This document shows, piece after piece, positions 38,592-52,722 of a stretch of 64,000 bases of DNA (the stretch's first letter is position 1; each line of letters starts with the position of its first letter). The position numbers and the translations under genes are program-made. This DNA is from Octopus sinensis (Eukaryota), in NCBI RefSeq assembly GCF_006345805.1, contig NC_043014.1, forward strand, positions 9,114,001-9,178,000, given 5' to 3'. The notes below the pieces were generated by a model. It had not been told where the DNA came from. It did not search any database and saw only the letters and a list, made by a program, of their open reading frames with translations.

Positions 38592-40289
38592 CTCAAAAAG
38601 CAATAAAGATTCAAGTTAATTTAAATGAATTTACTTGAATATGGTACCTAACTTAGATGCACCAAAAAAAACTATACTGTTTTAACAATACAGTAATGTG
38701 GGGTGATTATAAGCGAGAAATAAGCAACAAGAATGGATAGGTTTTTAGTACAATCGTTTCATACAAGGACAGGCTTTATTAAAAGTTGCAAAAAATTACA
38801 GCATATAAACGTGTCCCGTACTCATCAGCTAAAATACATGTGAGTTCTCTAGACATCCTAGTGGTTGAGGCTATACTCATGAAGTAATGTAGATAATTAA
38901 GTAACATAAACAGATTTCCAAAGTTCATTAAAGTTCTTTAAAGATGATGTACAGTCTTATCACAGAATTTTAAAAAAGTTTTAATAGCATCACAGAGAAA
39001 GTGACCTAATCCATAGTGCACATATGAATTTCCAGAGATATGAGGAGGGATTACATACTCACAGACGACAAATTTATCCATTGTTAATCACAACGAGGTG
39101 GGTCTCAATTCCTGCTTATTAGCATTACAGAGAGGGTGAATTAATCCTTTGTATAGATGCACAATTTCCAATGGTGTAGATGTAAATTTCCAGAGAAATG
39201 AAGAGGAATTTCATATTCACAGGCAATAAATTATCAATGGTTGAACACAATGAGGTAGGTATCAATTCTTGTTATATGATTAGGTATTTGCCACATAATC
39301 ACATTACTGCTATTTACAAGAGGCTGTAGCTATTTAACTTTTAAGGCTGAAGGGCTTTCTAGAGAGGCAAAGAACATAAAAGGGAAGGGAATAGAAGAAA
39401 AGAGAGAAAATAAAGGAGGAGGGAGCAAAAAGGGGGGGGAGGGGGACTAAAAGAGAAGAGAAAAGGAAAGAGAGAATAAGAAGAAAGAAAAAGAAAAAAG
39501 AGAAAGAAATAGGGAAAGAAGGGAAAAAAGAAAAAGAAAAAAAAAAGAGGGTTCTAGTTATACAAGAATTAGTAGACGGCAAGTCTGGTTTTAATTTACA
39601 GGCATCTAGGAACTAGAGGAGAAATATTCTTTGACCAGTAAAACAGCTAATTATTGCTGTTGAAATCAGCTATGAATTTAAAGAGAATCTAAAGAGATAA
39701 CACGGTCAGGGGTTTAGGGGTCAGAGACTAAAATCAAAAGAAAATACATTAGGAAAATCTAAGTATAATCTTATCAAAAAGTCATTAAAATTATTATTTA
39801 ATTTATTCATTTATTGTCTTAAGGAGTGCCGTTATTATTCATACATTGACGGACTACAGGTCAAATCTTAGAAGATCATTTACAAGGTGTTAGGGAATTG
39901 TCTATCATAATGAAGATAATCATATTTTCACCGAGGGAGTAGCCTTATTTATTTAATTTTGAAATAGAATTATGGGGCTTTAGTAACTCATTTTATTTTA
40001 TTAAAGTTATGCTACTTAAATTAGATTAAGTTAAGAATTAAAATTAAAAATTACAATTAAGATTTAAATTAAGATTTAAACTTATGAGTTTGAAATTAAA
40101 TAAAGCCTCAATTAAGCAGCGTATAAGTACTATTCGTTTCCCTGTTCTCAAAAAAAACTGATGCAGATATAAGGAAAAAGATAACTGTAGTGTGAGAAAC
40201 TCTTAGTTATCTACTTAAAGCAGTGCTATACTAGTAAAAATCAAGTTATATCTGTCTATCTATCTAGTTACGATATTCTAATCATTTTA

Positions 40290-43135
40290 AATATTTTAAA
40301 GTCTTCAATTTAGCGTGGACACAAACTTGACCTAGTTCGATATGGTATTCAATAAGTTCTATGTTTTCTATGCTTTAGAATTTCATACGTCTCCATGGAG
40401 CATAGTTGGCAACCAACCCTACTATTTTTATACGGAATGCTCTCCTAACTATTTCCCAATTAAGGTTATAATAATTATTATTATTTTTGAGTTCCCAGAT
40501 TTTGTTTGAAAGTGTGGTTGGTACCAGCTTTATGACGTATTTAAAAGACGAGATGTGATTTCTAACTCTGGCTAGAAAATTAATTGTACATCCAATGTAA
40601 AAATATTTGTTATTCTCCGTGGATATGGTACATTTATAGATTACATTATTTTCCCCGCATAGACCAGGTGCCGGGCATTGATTTTATTCTACACTTACAC
40701 ACAGAGGAACAACTTCAGGTTTGGATTATTCTGGGTAGATGTCTTAGGTTCCTATTATTTTGATTATCATGAGTATAATTGTCCTTATTGTTATTAATAT
40801 TTCTATAGTTGGTGCTGATATCTAAAGTATTGCTATTATTTATTGATCCTTCTGTTCATCATTTAGGTCTAAAGTCCTACCATGATTTCTTATATTATTG
40901 GTAATGTTACTATTATTGTTAGTCTTTTTATCCGACTGCATATTGTTGTTATAGATATCACTGATATTTTCATTCTCCTTATTTCTCCATTAGCCTTATT
41001 TCTATATTATTTCATTATTAACATTATTACTTCTATTAATATCGGCATTGTTATTATTACTTAATGTTAATGTTATTAGTCATTCTGTGGTTAATAATTT
41101 CACCTATGTTTTGATAGTTACTATTGCTGTTTTTATTGTTGGTAGTATTATTATAATTGCTATGGTATTCATGCTGATATTATTATTTTTATTTCTATCT
41201 TTCCTGGCTAGTTTAATGTGTTGTTATTATTAATCTTAGCTATTAAAGTGGACATATTTGGGAGGGTTGAATAAGAAATCCTAACTGTTTTCCTAGAAAT
41301 GATTCTATGATATCTATGAGAGATAGGGAATTTTTTTCCAGAATTACTTTGAATTTGTTCTGTATATCCGATTGTATCGCACAGTTGAAAGGAATATTCA
41401 GCCATAATATATCTTTTTTTTAAATTTAGGGTCGTAGAATTATTACTATTCATCTCACCGGAGTATTGTATTTATTACCATTATTTTAATTTTATTTGTG
41501 TGCATCTTAGGTTTATTTACTTCGATATTATCCGAGTTACCTATGTTCTGGTCAATGCTTCTATTGAATTGTTGGGCCTGTACGTTAGATTAGCGTTTAC
41601 CGTTAATTTGATTCTACTTTTATTTCGGGCTTGGTCTGTATTGCTGCTTACGTGATTACTGATAATTCTTCATTAGGAATACGTGAGTTCTCCTTATCAA
41701 CGAATGTAATCTTTTGGTTGTATCCAGCCTTAGTTAACGCCGCATTATAATGCTCAGAATGGGAGTTAAATATATCCTTATTGGATTTTAATTTTGAAAT
41801 TCTTAATGAAATATTTCTTACTAAAGATTCAATTATATTTGGGGGATGATTTGATAATTTTTTTACGTAATTCGTGATTTCGCCTTCCTTTCTAAATGGG
41901 TAATGCAGCTTGGAGTTAAGGTCTAGCGTAATATCTAGGAAGTTAACTATTTTAGTGCCCGGTTCATACGTTATATGAGGTTGAAATCCTTAAAGAACTT
42001 ATTAATTTTCTTTCTAAATCTTTCTATAACAGATTTATTATTACTAGGGATAACAAACAGAGCATCATCCCTATATAGACCCCCCTGTATTTCTGGGATA
42101 TCCTTGCTTATGCATTTTATAGATATGCGCTTACTAGGTTGGTTACCTCAGCCGAATCACTGGAACCCATTGGTATTATCAAAATAATTAGTGTATATCT
42201 GCTCTAGTCATAATTTATCTTCAAATTCTATAAATGTCTTCCTAGCTAGTAGCACAATATTGATTTCTTCTCTAGATATGAGGGAGCGGTTCATGGCAAA
42301 TATTAGTGTTTTGTTGAGTAAGATAGGGGAAATACTAGAGTAATAACTATTAATATCGAAAACTGAATTATGGAAAGACTACTAATTAGTTAGAGAGTTT
42401 TAAACATTTTAGAACTTCGTCCGTACTTAGCCATAGGTTTAAGGGGAGAAGAGGGGTTATTGGGGGTAGAACAGTATCCAGGATAGATTTACTAAGTCGG
42501 CAATGTCCGACTTAGTTGGACAGATCAGCCTTACCGAAGGGTTTTCCAAGAAATCTTTTTTGTGTCTCTTTAAGGTTGATCCTGGGCTCACACGGTTTAA
42601 GTGGCTCTGTTCTATCCGTTAAATTTAGTTTCTCCATGATCCTTTCATTTCCAGGTTAACTTTTTTCAAATTGTTCTTAGTCGTAATTTTATATTTGGAG
42701 TTTAGTTCCTTCCTAATTAATTTGCTATAAATATCGAATCAACTCTATACATATTACCCGTTTTATCTGCGGTACTAGGATTCCATGTTTGCACCGGGTT
42801 GACTGAATAAAGTTCCTAAGTGTCTAAGGTGAGGGTTATATCTTAACGGGTGTTCCTTGAAGCTAATATCATCTATAAGATTCAGCAAGTCTTTCTCAAA
42901 GTTCTCCAGGAATGGGTTCTGAGGTGGACTTTTTCCTCTTTAAAAATTCTTCTAAAATTCTTTTCGGTATTCTTTCCTGTGGTTTCTTCTTCTGTTTGAC
43001 ATCAAAATGGTACGTTTTCCACCTGATTCTTCTAATGAAATCGTTAATCCTATGAATGAGAAGCCAATATATTCATCTATATACTATGTAAGGGGATGTC
43101 TTTAGGGGAGAACTCAATGTTTACTTTTTCCATTC
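40290..43135 (-). pseudogene. Decayed Penelope-like element ORF (RT + C-terminal GIY-YIG)
   Basis: NDFIRRIRWK; RLICPTKSDI; FDINSYYSSI; MGSSDSAEVTNLV (42170); GLYRDDAL (42064-42075); VRISYSTLPNM; NVIYKCTI..FYIGCT..RVRNH (40560-40650); CQLCSMETYEIL. Many stops and frameshifts. Confidence 0.85.
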
Positions 43136-43452
43136 TTGTTGAGAAATTAAGTACCAAAAACATACAGACTGTATGGAATATATTCAAAAAGCAATAAATA
43201 TATATATATATATATATATTCGATGGGTTTCTTTCATTTTCCCTCACCCAAATCCCGTCACAAGGCTTTGGTCGGACGAGGTTACAGTAGAAGGCACTTG
43301 TCGAAGGGTCACGCGGTTGGATTGAACTCGGAAACATGTGGTTGGGAGGCATGCGTATATTTCTGTATGTCTATGCATACTAGATGCACATGACTACCAT
43401 TAATGATTTATGGAAAGAAGGGCAACGGTGCCAGAATACGATATATAACTGG

Positions 43453-43836
43453 GGAAGCACTCCGTCGGTTACGACGACGAGGGTTCCGGTTGATCCTAAT
43501 CAACGGAACAGCCTGCTCGTGAAATTAACGTGTAAGTGGCTGAGCACTCCACAGACACGGGCACCCTTAACGTAGTTCTCGGGGATATTCAGCGTGACAC
43601 AGAGAGTGACAAGGCCGGCCCTTTGAAATACAGGTGCAACAGAAACAGGAATTAAGAGTGAGAGAAAGTTGTGGTGAAAGAGTACAGCTGGGATCACCAC
43701 CATCCCCTGCCGGAGCCTCGTGGAGCTTTAGGTGTTTTCGCTCAATAAACACTCACAACGCCCGGTCTGGGTATCGAAACCGCGATCCTATGATCGCGAG
43801 TCCGCTGCCCAAACCACTGGGCCATTGCGCCTCCAC
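43453..43836 (-). mobile_element. SINE-C with 11-bp TSD
   Basis: TSD gatatataact at 43440-43450 and 43838-43848. Confidence 0.88.
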
Positions 43837-44289
43837 GGATATATAACTACAAAGATCATCATTCGTGGTTCGAGCGATTGATTATCCAAGGCAGCAAATT
43901 GAATGTTAGGACGGGTTTGATTGATCGATGAAAGTTATTTAACAAAATATCACACTTCTGAATACTGGATGCAGCCTCAGGATGTAAAACAGCTGCCATT
44001 GTAATTAAAAAAATCACGTGATATTCTACGTCAATGACTTAAAGAAGTTGCTATGATCTGCGTGTATACGTCCGGTGTAAAATAGTATTACCCAAATAAA
44101 TATTTGGAATATGGTTATCCGGAATAACCTATCGCAGAAATCTTATATTCACCCAGAACGCACTTCGTACTACTCGAATGTAGATACCAACACACTTCGC
44201 ACTAACACAGTAACCAATACTGTCGACCAACACTGCCAAATACCGTAGACAGTTCACACCATTCTTTATTTATTGAAATCCGTTACTCA

Positions 44290-44950
44290 CTCTTTTATTC
44301 TGTTATTCTTTTACCTGTTTCAGTAATTTGACGGCGGCCATGCTGGAGTACCGCCTTTAATCGAGCAAATCGACTCCAAGACTTATTCTTTGTAAACCTA
44401 GTACTTATTCTATAAGTCCCTTTTGCTGAACCGCTAAATTACGGGGATGTAAACACACCACCTTCAGTTGTCAAGCAATGGTGCGAGACAAACACAGACA
44501 CACAAACATATACACACATACATACATATATATACATACATATATAGTAGGGCGGCGAGCTGGTAGAAACGTTAGCACGCCGGGCGAAATTCGTAGCAGT
44601 ATTTCGTCTGTCGTTACGTTCCGAGTTCAAATTCCGCCGAGGTCGACTTTGCCTTTCATCCTTTCGGGGTCGATAAATTAAATACCAGTTACGCACTAGG
44701 GTCGATGTAATCGACTTAATCCGTTTGTCTGTCCTTGTTTGTCCCCTCTATGTTTAGCCCCTTGTGGGTAGTAAAGAAATATATATATACGACGGGCTTC
44801 TTTCAGTTTCCGTCTACCAAATTCACTCACAAGGCATTGGTCGGCCCGAGTCTGTAGTAGGAGACACTTGCCAAAGGTGCCACACAGTGGGAATGAATCC
44901 GGAACTATGTGGTTGGTAAGCAAGCTACTTACCACACAGCCACTCCTGCG
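44290..44950 (-). mobile_element. SINE-B interrupted by SINE-A (+, ~44530-44780) in its internal TA tract
   Basis: SINE-B consensus continues on both sides of the SINE-A. Confidence 0.8.
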
Positions 44951-45358
44951 TTAGTTCACTTTCAGTTACGTGGGAGTCTACAGGATTCTCCCATAACGCA
45001 AGTATATGAAATGAATCAAAACGAAGCTGAAGTAAACCGTCCTGACTTGATTCTTATCAATGCGATCGTTTATGATGGCCATCTGAACGAAATGTTACCG
45101 CACCGGAAAAAAAAGTGCTGAGCCTAAATTCTACCAACTTTACCTTCTGAGCTCAAATGCTGCCTGGAGTCGACTTAGCCTTTTGTCCTCCTGATGTTGA
45201 TAAAAATATGACCATTTGAGCAGTGGGGGCGATGTAACCCCACCTCTACATTTGCTGACCTTGTGCCCAAATTTGTAACCACTGGAAACGTTATTCCTTG
45301 AAATTATTATTTTAATGAAATCAATCCTCATTCAGAATGTTAATTTTTTTATATCATA

Positions 45359-45752
45359 CTAGCAGTATCGCCCGGCGTTGCTCGGGTTTGTAAGGAAATA
45401 ACTATACAGCATTTTTAGAGAGTTTTATACCAAAAATAGCAAAAAAATGCATTAAAAATGGAAAAAAATATGATGGTAAATTTTTTTTAAATCGTTGACT
45501 CATCGTAGACATTTTTAGAGAGTTACTTCCCTTTAAAAAATATGCATGATGAAAATGGAAAAAATGATGGTAAATTATTTTTAAAATCGTAGACTCATCG
45601 TAGACGCGCGCTAATACCCAGAAGGGCTCGATATGAATGACGACTATAAGATACCCGGTTTTGGTTAAACTGCACTGCAAAATGTGGGAGTAGTTAGGAA
45701 TCTAAATCGAAGGGGACAGACACTCACACAACTACAGTTTTATATATAAAGA
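45359..45752 (-). mobile_element. Non-autonomous Helitron (second copy, internal duplication)
   Basis: Same termini as 13766-14073 (TC...hairpin-CTAG, A|T insertion site). Confidence 0.8.
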
Positions 45753-46059
45753 TATTTAAATATAATTGTAAATGCCTATATTTATTTACATTATTTATTA
45801 TGATTAATCATTATTCACAATGATTTTATTGATTTCATCATTGTCATGAAACGCGCGTAGTCTATATTAAGTATAGCATATGATTTGGAATAAGAATTGA
45901 AGGTATTAATTTTGATAACATTTAGCCTTATATGTGGCTATCGTGGATAATATCATTCAATGATGATTGAGTTGCTTGAGGATGCAGATATTATTTAGTT
46001 CTACAGAATATACAGATGGAATAACGCTTATTCCTGCGGCATATAGACTCATAGGACCG

Positions 46060-46255
46060 GTTTTTTCGGATTTCGTGGAATATAGATTCCCTACCTGGAC
46101 GGGACTCCAGTCCCTCACATGATTAATCATTTTTGCCAGCTGAGTAGACTGGAGCAACGTAAAACGAAGTGCTTTGTTCAAGAAGGAAACGAAACCAGAA
46201 TCTTTCGATCATGAGACGAACACCCAAACCGCTAAGCCACGCGCGCCTCCACCCT
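46060..46255 (-). mobile_element. Old tRNA-head SINE with V-domain-like segment
   Basis: Minus strand gtggaggcgcgcgtggcttagcgg...tgagggactggagtcccgtccagg. Confidence 0.5.
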
Positions 46256-46977
46256 ACTGAGCATATGATTGGAAAATTACTTCGCATGAAGCCATTGAGC
46301 GTTAGCTTTCTTTATAAGCCTGCTATTGTTCATTCAAGAGCTTATCCGCTTATATAGCCTTTCTGTTCGTGATGTTGTATGATAAAAAGCACCGCAGTCA
46401 TTGCTATCTTGTCATATGTCTGATATTTCATTGTCGAATATCTCTCGATTCCTTGTCTGAAAGAGTATTGGATGTATTTTACAATAAGCTCTGTTGCAAT
46501 TTCTATCAGATCGATTGAGTCTGTTGCGGTTTAACTGCTGATTGGAATGTATAACTTTGAAAAGAATCACGGAATGAAGTTACTATCACTTCATTGTTCT
46601 GATTAGAGAGAAACGTTGGCACACGAGCAAGAAATCGGAACGAGTATGGGAACAATGCCATTCTGAGAGAATGAAAGTTAGAACAACGAAAGAAATAAAG
46701 CTGTGTTAATGCGGTAATGAATCTAATATTTAGTGCTCATCGATCCTTCGATCAAAGCGATTGTGCTGATGACAAAGGACATACAGAGTAAACATTTCAA
46801 AGTTGCAATAATTAATAGAAAGTGAGGGATTGATTTTTTCCAGTTGATTAAATTTTAGAGTTCAATGCCACGGGTTGAGATTTACGATTCGGTTCAATTG
46901 ACCTATTCATAATTATTGGATTTGAATTTATAATGCAGTCTAGTAACCCCAGCCGACATGTGTGATATCCAGAATAA

Positions 46978-47455
46978 AGGCTGCGAGCTGGCAGAAACGT
47001 TAGCACACCGGGCGAAATGCGTAGCCGTATTTCGTCTGCCTTTACGTTCAGAGTTCAAATCCTCCGAGGTCGACTTTGCCTTTCATCATTTCGGGGTCGA
47101 TAAATTAAGTACCAGTTACGCACTGGGGTCGATATAATCGACTTAATCCGTCTGTCTGTCCTTGTTTGACCTCTCTGTGTTTAACCCCTTGTGGGTAGTA
47201 AAGAAATAGGTAAAATACTTTAAGGCGGCGAGCTGGCAGGAACGTTAGTACACAGGGCGAAATGCGTAGCCGTATTTCGTCTCCCTTTACGTTCTGAGTT
47301 CAAATTCCGCCGAGGTCGACTTTGCCTTTCATCCTTTCAGGGTCGATAAATTAAGTACCAGTGACACACTGGGGTTGATGTAATCTACTTAATCCGTTTG
47401 TCTGTCCGTTTGTCCCCTCTGTGTTTAGCCCCTTGTGGGTAATAAACAAACAGAT
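46978..47455 (+). mobile_element. SINE-A dimer inside a single 13-bp TSD
   Basis: gatatccagaata at 46964-46976 and 47460-47472. Confidence 0.8.
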
Positions 47456-48936
47456 GCGAGATATCCAGAATATTCGATACATATATATTATGTTTGGTGG
47501 AATAAATTTAACAAGTGTATGGTGGAAGCATTCGTATTACGTGCCGTTCTTACGAGAGGCAACATTTATAGGTCTGCTGTATAAACCAGTATAGAAAATC
47601 AGTTGTGTTCCCTGTCAGCATATGTGTTTATTAACATTTCGAGCATCCTTTTCTTCGGAAGCAAATCTAAATTACGAAGTAAAAATACCCTGAAGAGCGT
47701 GTGCGAGAAAGAAAGGAACACGAGGAAAGAATGAAAGAGGGTGAGCTTAACCAGGTGACTATGGATAAATAATAGGTTAGGTAGCAGAACAAGGCAGTAA
47801 AGGTAAGAGAGAGAGAACAATAAATGGATAGATGGAGTGAGTGAGCGAGCGAGAGAGATAGAGAGAGATAAATTCTACGGTTACTAAAATGTAGCCATAG
47901 GTGTTTCGATATGCTATGCAACTTATTAATATTTAGAAGCAGTAACAAGCTTGATAAGAATTTACCGCCTAAAGTTTGTACATAATTGGAAATACATCAA
48001 TTTGAAATAACCTGACAGTTTCAAATGGAAGATGGTTCAAATTTACTGATGGCTCAATGTAAAAATATGCTCAACCAAATGATCGCTTCGACGATTTCTA
48101 ATTTCAGTTCTGAATTAGGCCCAGCTGATTTTCAATGAAATAGCGTAGAGGAAATTCATGGAAATGTGGGATTTCCTGTGCTGAAATTTCAGACAGGTTA
48201 TTGTTGGGATACTTCAGAAAAAGATGAGGCGGCGAGCAGGAAGAATCGTAAGCACCCCGGGAAAAATGCATAGCGCCATACCATCCTTCTTTACGTTGTG
48301 AGTTCAAATTCCGCGGACGTCTATTTGCCTTCCATCCGTTCGGCGTCGATGAAATAAGTACAATTTGAGCAACGGGGTAATCGACTGGTTCCTTCCGACA
48401 AGTTTCAAGCTTTATGCCTATAACAGAAATGATATTGTTGATATTCATGTCGCATCTCTCACCATACTTACCTCACCTTCCGGTAGACACCATGCCCCTT
48501 AACAATGACGCCTTACTCATACCATCTCCAGGATATCACTACGTACACAAGACGAGGTTTATATTACCCACTACTGAAGACACACATCGAAAAAATGGAT
48601 TACATATTTATAACTCAGGTTCACACGCCATACCCCCTCATATATATACTCTCTTTACTCTTTTACTCTTTTACTTGTTTCAGACATTTGACTGCGGCCA
48701 TGCTGGAGCACCGTCGAGCAAATCGATCCGAGGACTTATTCTTTGTAAGTCTAGTACTTAGTATATCGGTCTCTTTTGCCGAACGTCTAAGTTACGGGGA
48801 CGTAAACACACCAGCATCTGTTGTCAAGCGACGTTGGGGGGACAAACACAGACATACAAACATATATAGATACACACACATACATACATATATGTATACA
48901 TATATACGACAAGCTTCTTTCAGTTTCCGTCTACCA

Positions 48937-49036
48937 NNNNNNNNNNNNNNNNNNNNNNNNNNNNNNNNNNNNNNNNNNNNNNNNNNNNNNNNNNNNNNNN
49001 NNNNNNNNNNNNNNNNNNNNNNNNNNNNNNNNNNNN
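48937..49036. other. Assembly gap (100 N)
   Basis: Direct reading; SINE-B halves of opposite orientation flank it. Confidence 0.98.
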
Positions 49037-49508
49037 GTATATATACAGGCGTAACTGTGTAGTATGAAGCTTGTTTCCCAACCACATCGTTCCGGGTTCC
49101 TACCCACAGCGTGGCCCTTTGGGAAAAAGTCTTCTACTACAGTTTTGGGCTGACCAAACCTTGTGAGTGAAATTGGTAACTGAAAGAAGCCTGTCGTATA
49201 TAATATATATTTGTGTGTGTGTGCGTCTGCGTGACGGTCTTTGTCCCCTTGCCATTGCTTGGCAACCGATGTTGGTGTGTTTACGTCCCAGAAATTTAAC
49301 GGTTCGGCAAAAGACCGATGAATTAAAGACTATAACAATAAGTTCTGGGGTCGATTTCTTAGACTAATGGCGGTGCTCCAGCATGGCCGTAGTTAGATGA
49401 CTGAAACACGTACAAGTATGAAAGTATAAAAGAATGACACCCCCCCATATATATATATTCATAGTCTATAATATAATATATTATATATAATATATATATA
49501 TATATATA

Positions 49509-49559
<51 letters not shown>

Positions 49560-50070
49560 ATAATATATATATATATGCGGTGGGTGGAGACGGAAGGTGG
49601 AATATACGAGAATTTTTATTACCCACGGCAAATGTTTCGACCTATCTACTGTAGAAGCCTTGCCGGTGGGATACTTAGCATCGCGTTCAGGAGCACCCGA
49701 GTGTGCAGATGCGTCTCGTCGGCTGATAAATAAATATAAATCGCTAAAATAACATTTCCGAAATGTATCTTCTCTGTTTGTGTAATGAAAAAAAACAAAT
49801 TGGTGTCTACAACTTCATTTATATAGAAAATCAATAATCAAATAATAGATGCAAAAAACAAACGAACACGCAGTGTAGCGAAAACAAAATATATTAAATA
49901 TATCCGTTAACGGATATGGATGTATAAGCGCCCTCGCGTAGGTTGTATGGAGCATGTATAGTTACTCATACAAGCATTAACCAAATACATAACATACATT
50001 TTTAACAGTGATCGTGCTTTACTAGTATGTTACTAGGTAGAAACCATACGTATTATTATATTGTATCATA

Positions 50071-50107
<37 letters not shown>

Positions 50108-50110
<3 letters not shown>

Positions 50111-50341
50111 TCTTTTATTTGTTTTAGTCATTTGACTGCAGCCATGCTGGAGCACCGCCTTTAGTCGAGAAAATTGACCCGGGACTTATTCTTTGTAAGC
50201 CCAGTACTTATTCTATCGGTCTCTTTTGCCGAACCGCAAAGTGACGGCGACGTAAACACACCAGCATCGGTTGTCAAGCAATGCTAGGGGGACAAACACA
50301 GACACACAAACATACACACGCACATATATATATATATATAG

Positions 50342-50388
<47 letters not shown>

Positions 50389-50555
50389 TATATACGACGG
50401 GTTTCTTTCAGTTTCCGTCTACCAATCCACTCACAGGCTTTGGTCGGCCGAGGCTATAGTAGAAGACACTTGCCCAAGATGCCACGCAGTAGGACTGAAC
50501 CCGGAACCATGTGGTTGGTAAGCAACTTACTTATCACACAGCCACTCCTGCGCCT
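50108..50555 (-). mobile_element. SINE-B
   Basis: Reverse-complement consensus match. Confidence 0.85.
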
Positions 50556-50568
50556 ATGTATATATATA

Positions 50569-50930
50569 CAATAAGAGGCTTCCAAATAGGAAAGCGTTGT
50601 GCTAGAAAACAAAAAAGGGATAAATTCACGAAAGGAATGAAAATTAAAAACAGTTACCATCGGATATGATTTGCGTCTGCGCAGAGGCTTGAAAAGTTAG
50701 GATTTACAAACCGTTAGATCTGTGGATCTAGCAGGCTGTACGTCAGGATTATGAAGGCTGTCCCACTGAAGAAACTTGCCTTCAGCAAATATCTTTTTAT
50801 GGAAATAGTTAGAATCCGTCGGACTGGGATATAGTTGAAATGGGAAATGTTTTAATTTTCATTCCTTTCGTGAATTTATCCCTTTTTTGTGTTCTAGCAC
50901 AACACTTTTCTATTTGAAAGCCTCTTATTG
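50569..50930. mobile_element. MITE with ~90-bp TIRs and TA TSD (Tc1/mariner-like)
   Basis: TA|caataagaggc...gcctcttattg|TA. Confidence 0.75.
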
Positions 50931-51034
50931 TATTTCTATGTGAATAATATATTGTCTAATGACTAATTCGTTTTTTGTGCTAGGCCACTGGTAAAAATAA
51001 TTTATTATTACCCTATTTTATTATGTTTATATAA

Positions 51035-51415
51035 TGGAGTGGCTGTGTGGTAAGTAGCTTGCTAACCAACCACATGGTTCCGGGTTCGTCCCACTGCGTG
51101 GCATCTTGTGCTTCCGGGCCGACCAATGCCTTGTGAGTGGATTTGGTAGACAGAAACTGAAAGAAGCCTGTCGTATATATGTATATATATATATGTATGT
51201 GTGTGTGTGTTTGTGTGTCTGTGTTTGTCTCCCTAGCATTGCTTGACAGCCGATGCCGGTGTGTTTATGTCCCCGTCACTTAGCGGTTCGGCATAAGAGA
51301 ACCGATAGAATAAGTACTAGGCTTACAAAGAATAAATCCCGGGGTCGATTTTCTTGACTAAAGGCGGTGCTCCAGCATGGCCGCAGTCAAATGACTGAAA
51401 CAAGTAGAAGAGAGT
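51035..51415 (+). mobile_element. SINE-B flanked by a ~70-bp direct repeat
   Basis: aatgactaattcg...ttattatgttt at 50958-51028 and 51418-51486. Confidence 0.85.
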
Positions 51416-51501
51416 CCAATGACTAATTCGTTTTTGTGCTAGGCCACTGGTAATATAATTTATTATTACCCTATTTTATTATGTTTGAATAAATTAAATA
51501 A

Positions 51502-51549
<48 letters not shown>

Positions 51550-52307
51550 TATATAATATATTTATATATATATATATATTAACTTCGTTTGTCTAAACTT
51601 TGTCTTTATTGTTCACTGTTGTTATTTGTTGAAACTGGCAGAAAGTTTGCGATTTGATATCGCCTTCAACATAGGTAATACCTAGTTGGTCAAATAATTT
51701 CAGACAAGATAATTCGTTAAAACTAATGAGGCAATGATGTTTTAATCGTAATAAATTAACAATTCGTGTAGATTAACCCCCGGGAAATGAGATTTGTTTT
51801 TCTATCTACCACGTAAATGTTGTATTTATTATTGAAACAAGAAAAAGAAATTCTTTTTTCTCAAGAAAGTTTTAGAATTTAATTGTGTGCACGAGATAGA
51901 AATGTAATCAGTCGCCAACGCAGAAAATGATATTAACTACAATTACTATACATATATACTTTCAGTGAAAAGTAATTTGCTTTGGGTTACAGTTAATAAA
52001 CTCGTAGAGATAATAGTATGTATTGATTTGTTGTATACGCTTCTAAAGTAGATAAAAAAGCTTAGGTAATTCAGACGAGAAGGCGAGTAACGAATTATTT
52101 CATTCTTACATATATTTCAGAAAAATCATCAACTGTTCTCTAGACAGATTTTAATTGACATTTCAACTAGTCTTGTAACTTTATTTATTTATTTTTTCCT
52201 GTGCGAGTGACATCTGACAATGTCAACGAAACGAATCCGACACATCGCGTTTTCTACAGGTCTGTATAAAAACAAGAAACTGGTAAAGAAATTTTAAACA
52301 ATTTCTT

Positions 52308-52722
52308 TCAGGAGTGGCTGTGTGGTAAGTAGCATGTCTACCAGCCACATGGTTCCGGGTCCAGTCCCACTGCGTGGCACCTTGGGCAAGTGTCTTCTAC
52401 TATAGCCTCGGGCCGACCAAAGCCTTGTGAGTGGATTTGGTAGGCGGAAACTGAAAGAAGCCCATCGTATATATGTATATATATTTGTATGTGTGGGTAT
52501 ATGTTTCTGTGTCTGTGTTTGTGTCTGTGTTTGTCCACCTTGCTTGACAACCGATGCTGGTGTGTTTATGTCCCCGTAACTTAGCGGTTCGGCAAAAGAG
52601 ACCGATATAATAAGTACTGGGCTTACAAAAGAATAAGTCCCGGAGTCGAGTTGCTCGACTAAAGGCTGTGCTCCAGCATGGCCGCAGTCAAATGACTGAA
52701 ACAAGTAAAAGAGTAAAGAGTA
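52308..52722 (+). mobile_element. SINE-B
   Basis: Consensus match from caggagtggc to the gagtaaaa tail. Confidence 0.85.

Noticed and set aside
49625-49735. Minus-strand CCGACGA..gtc-GAAAC motif
   Set aside because: Core mutated; no valid cleavage triplet with stem I pairing.
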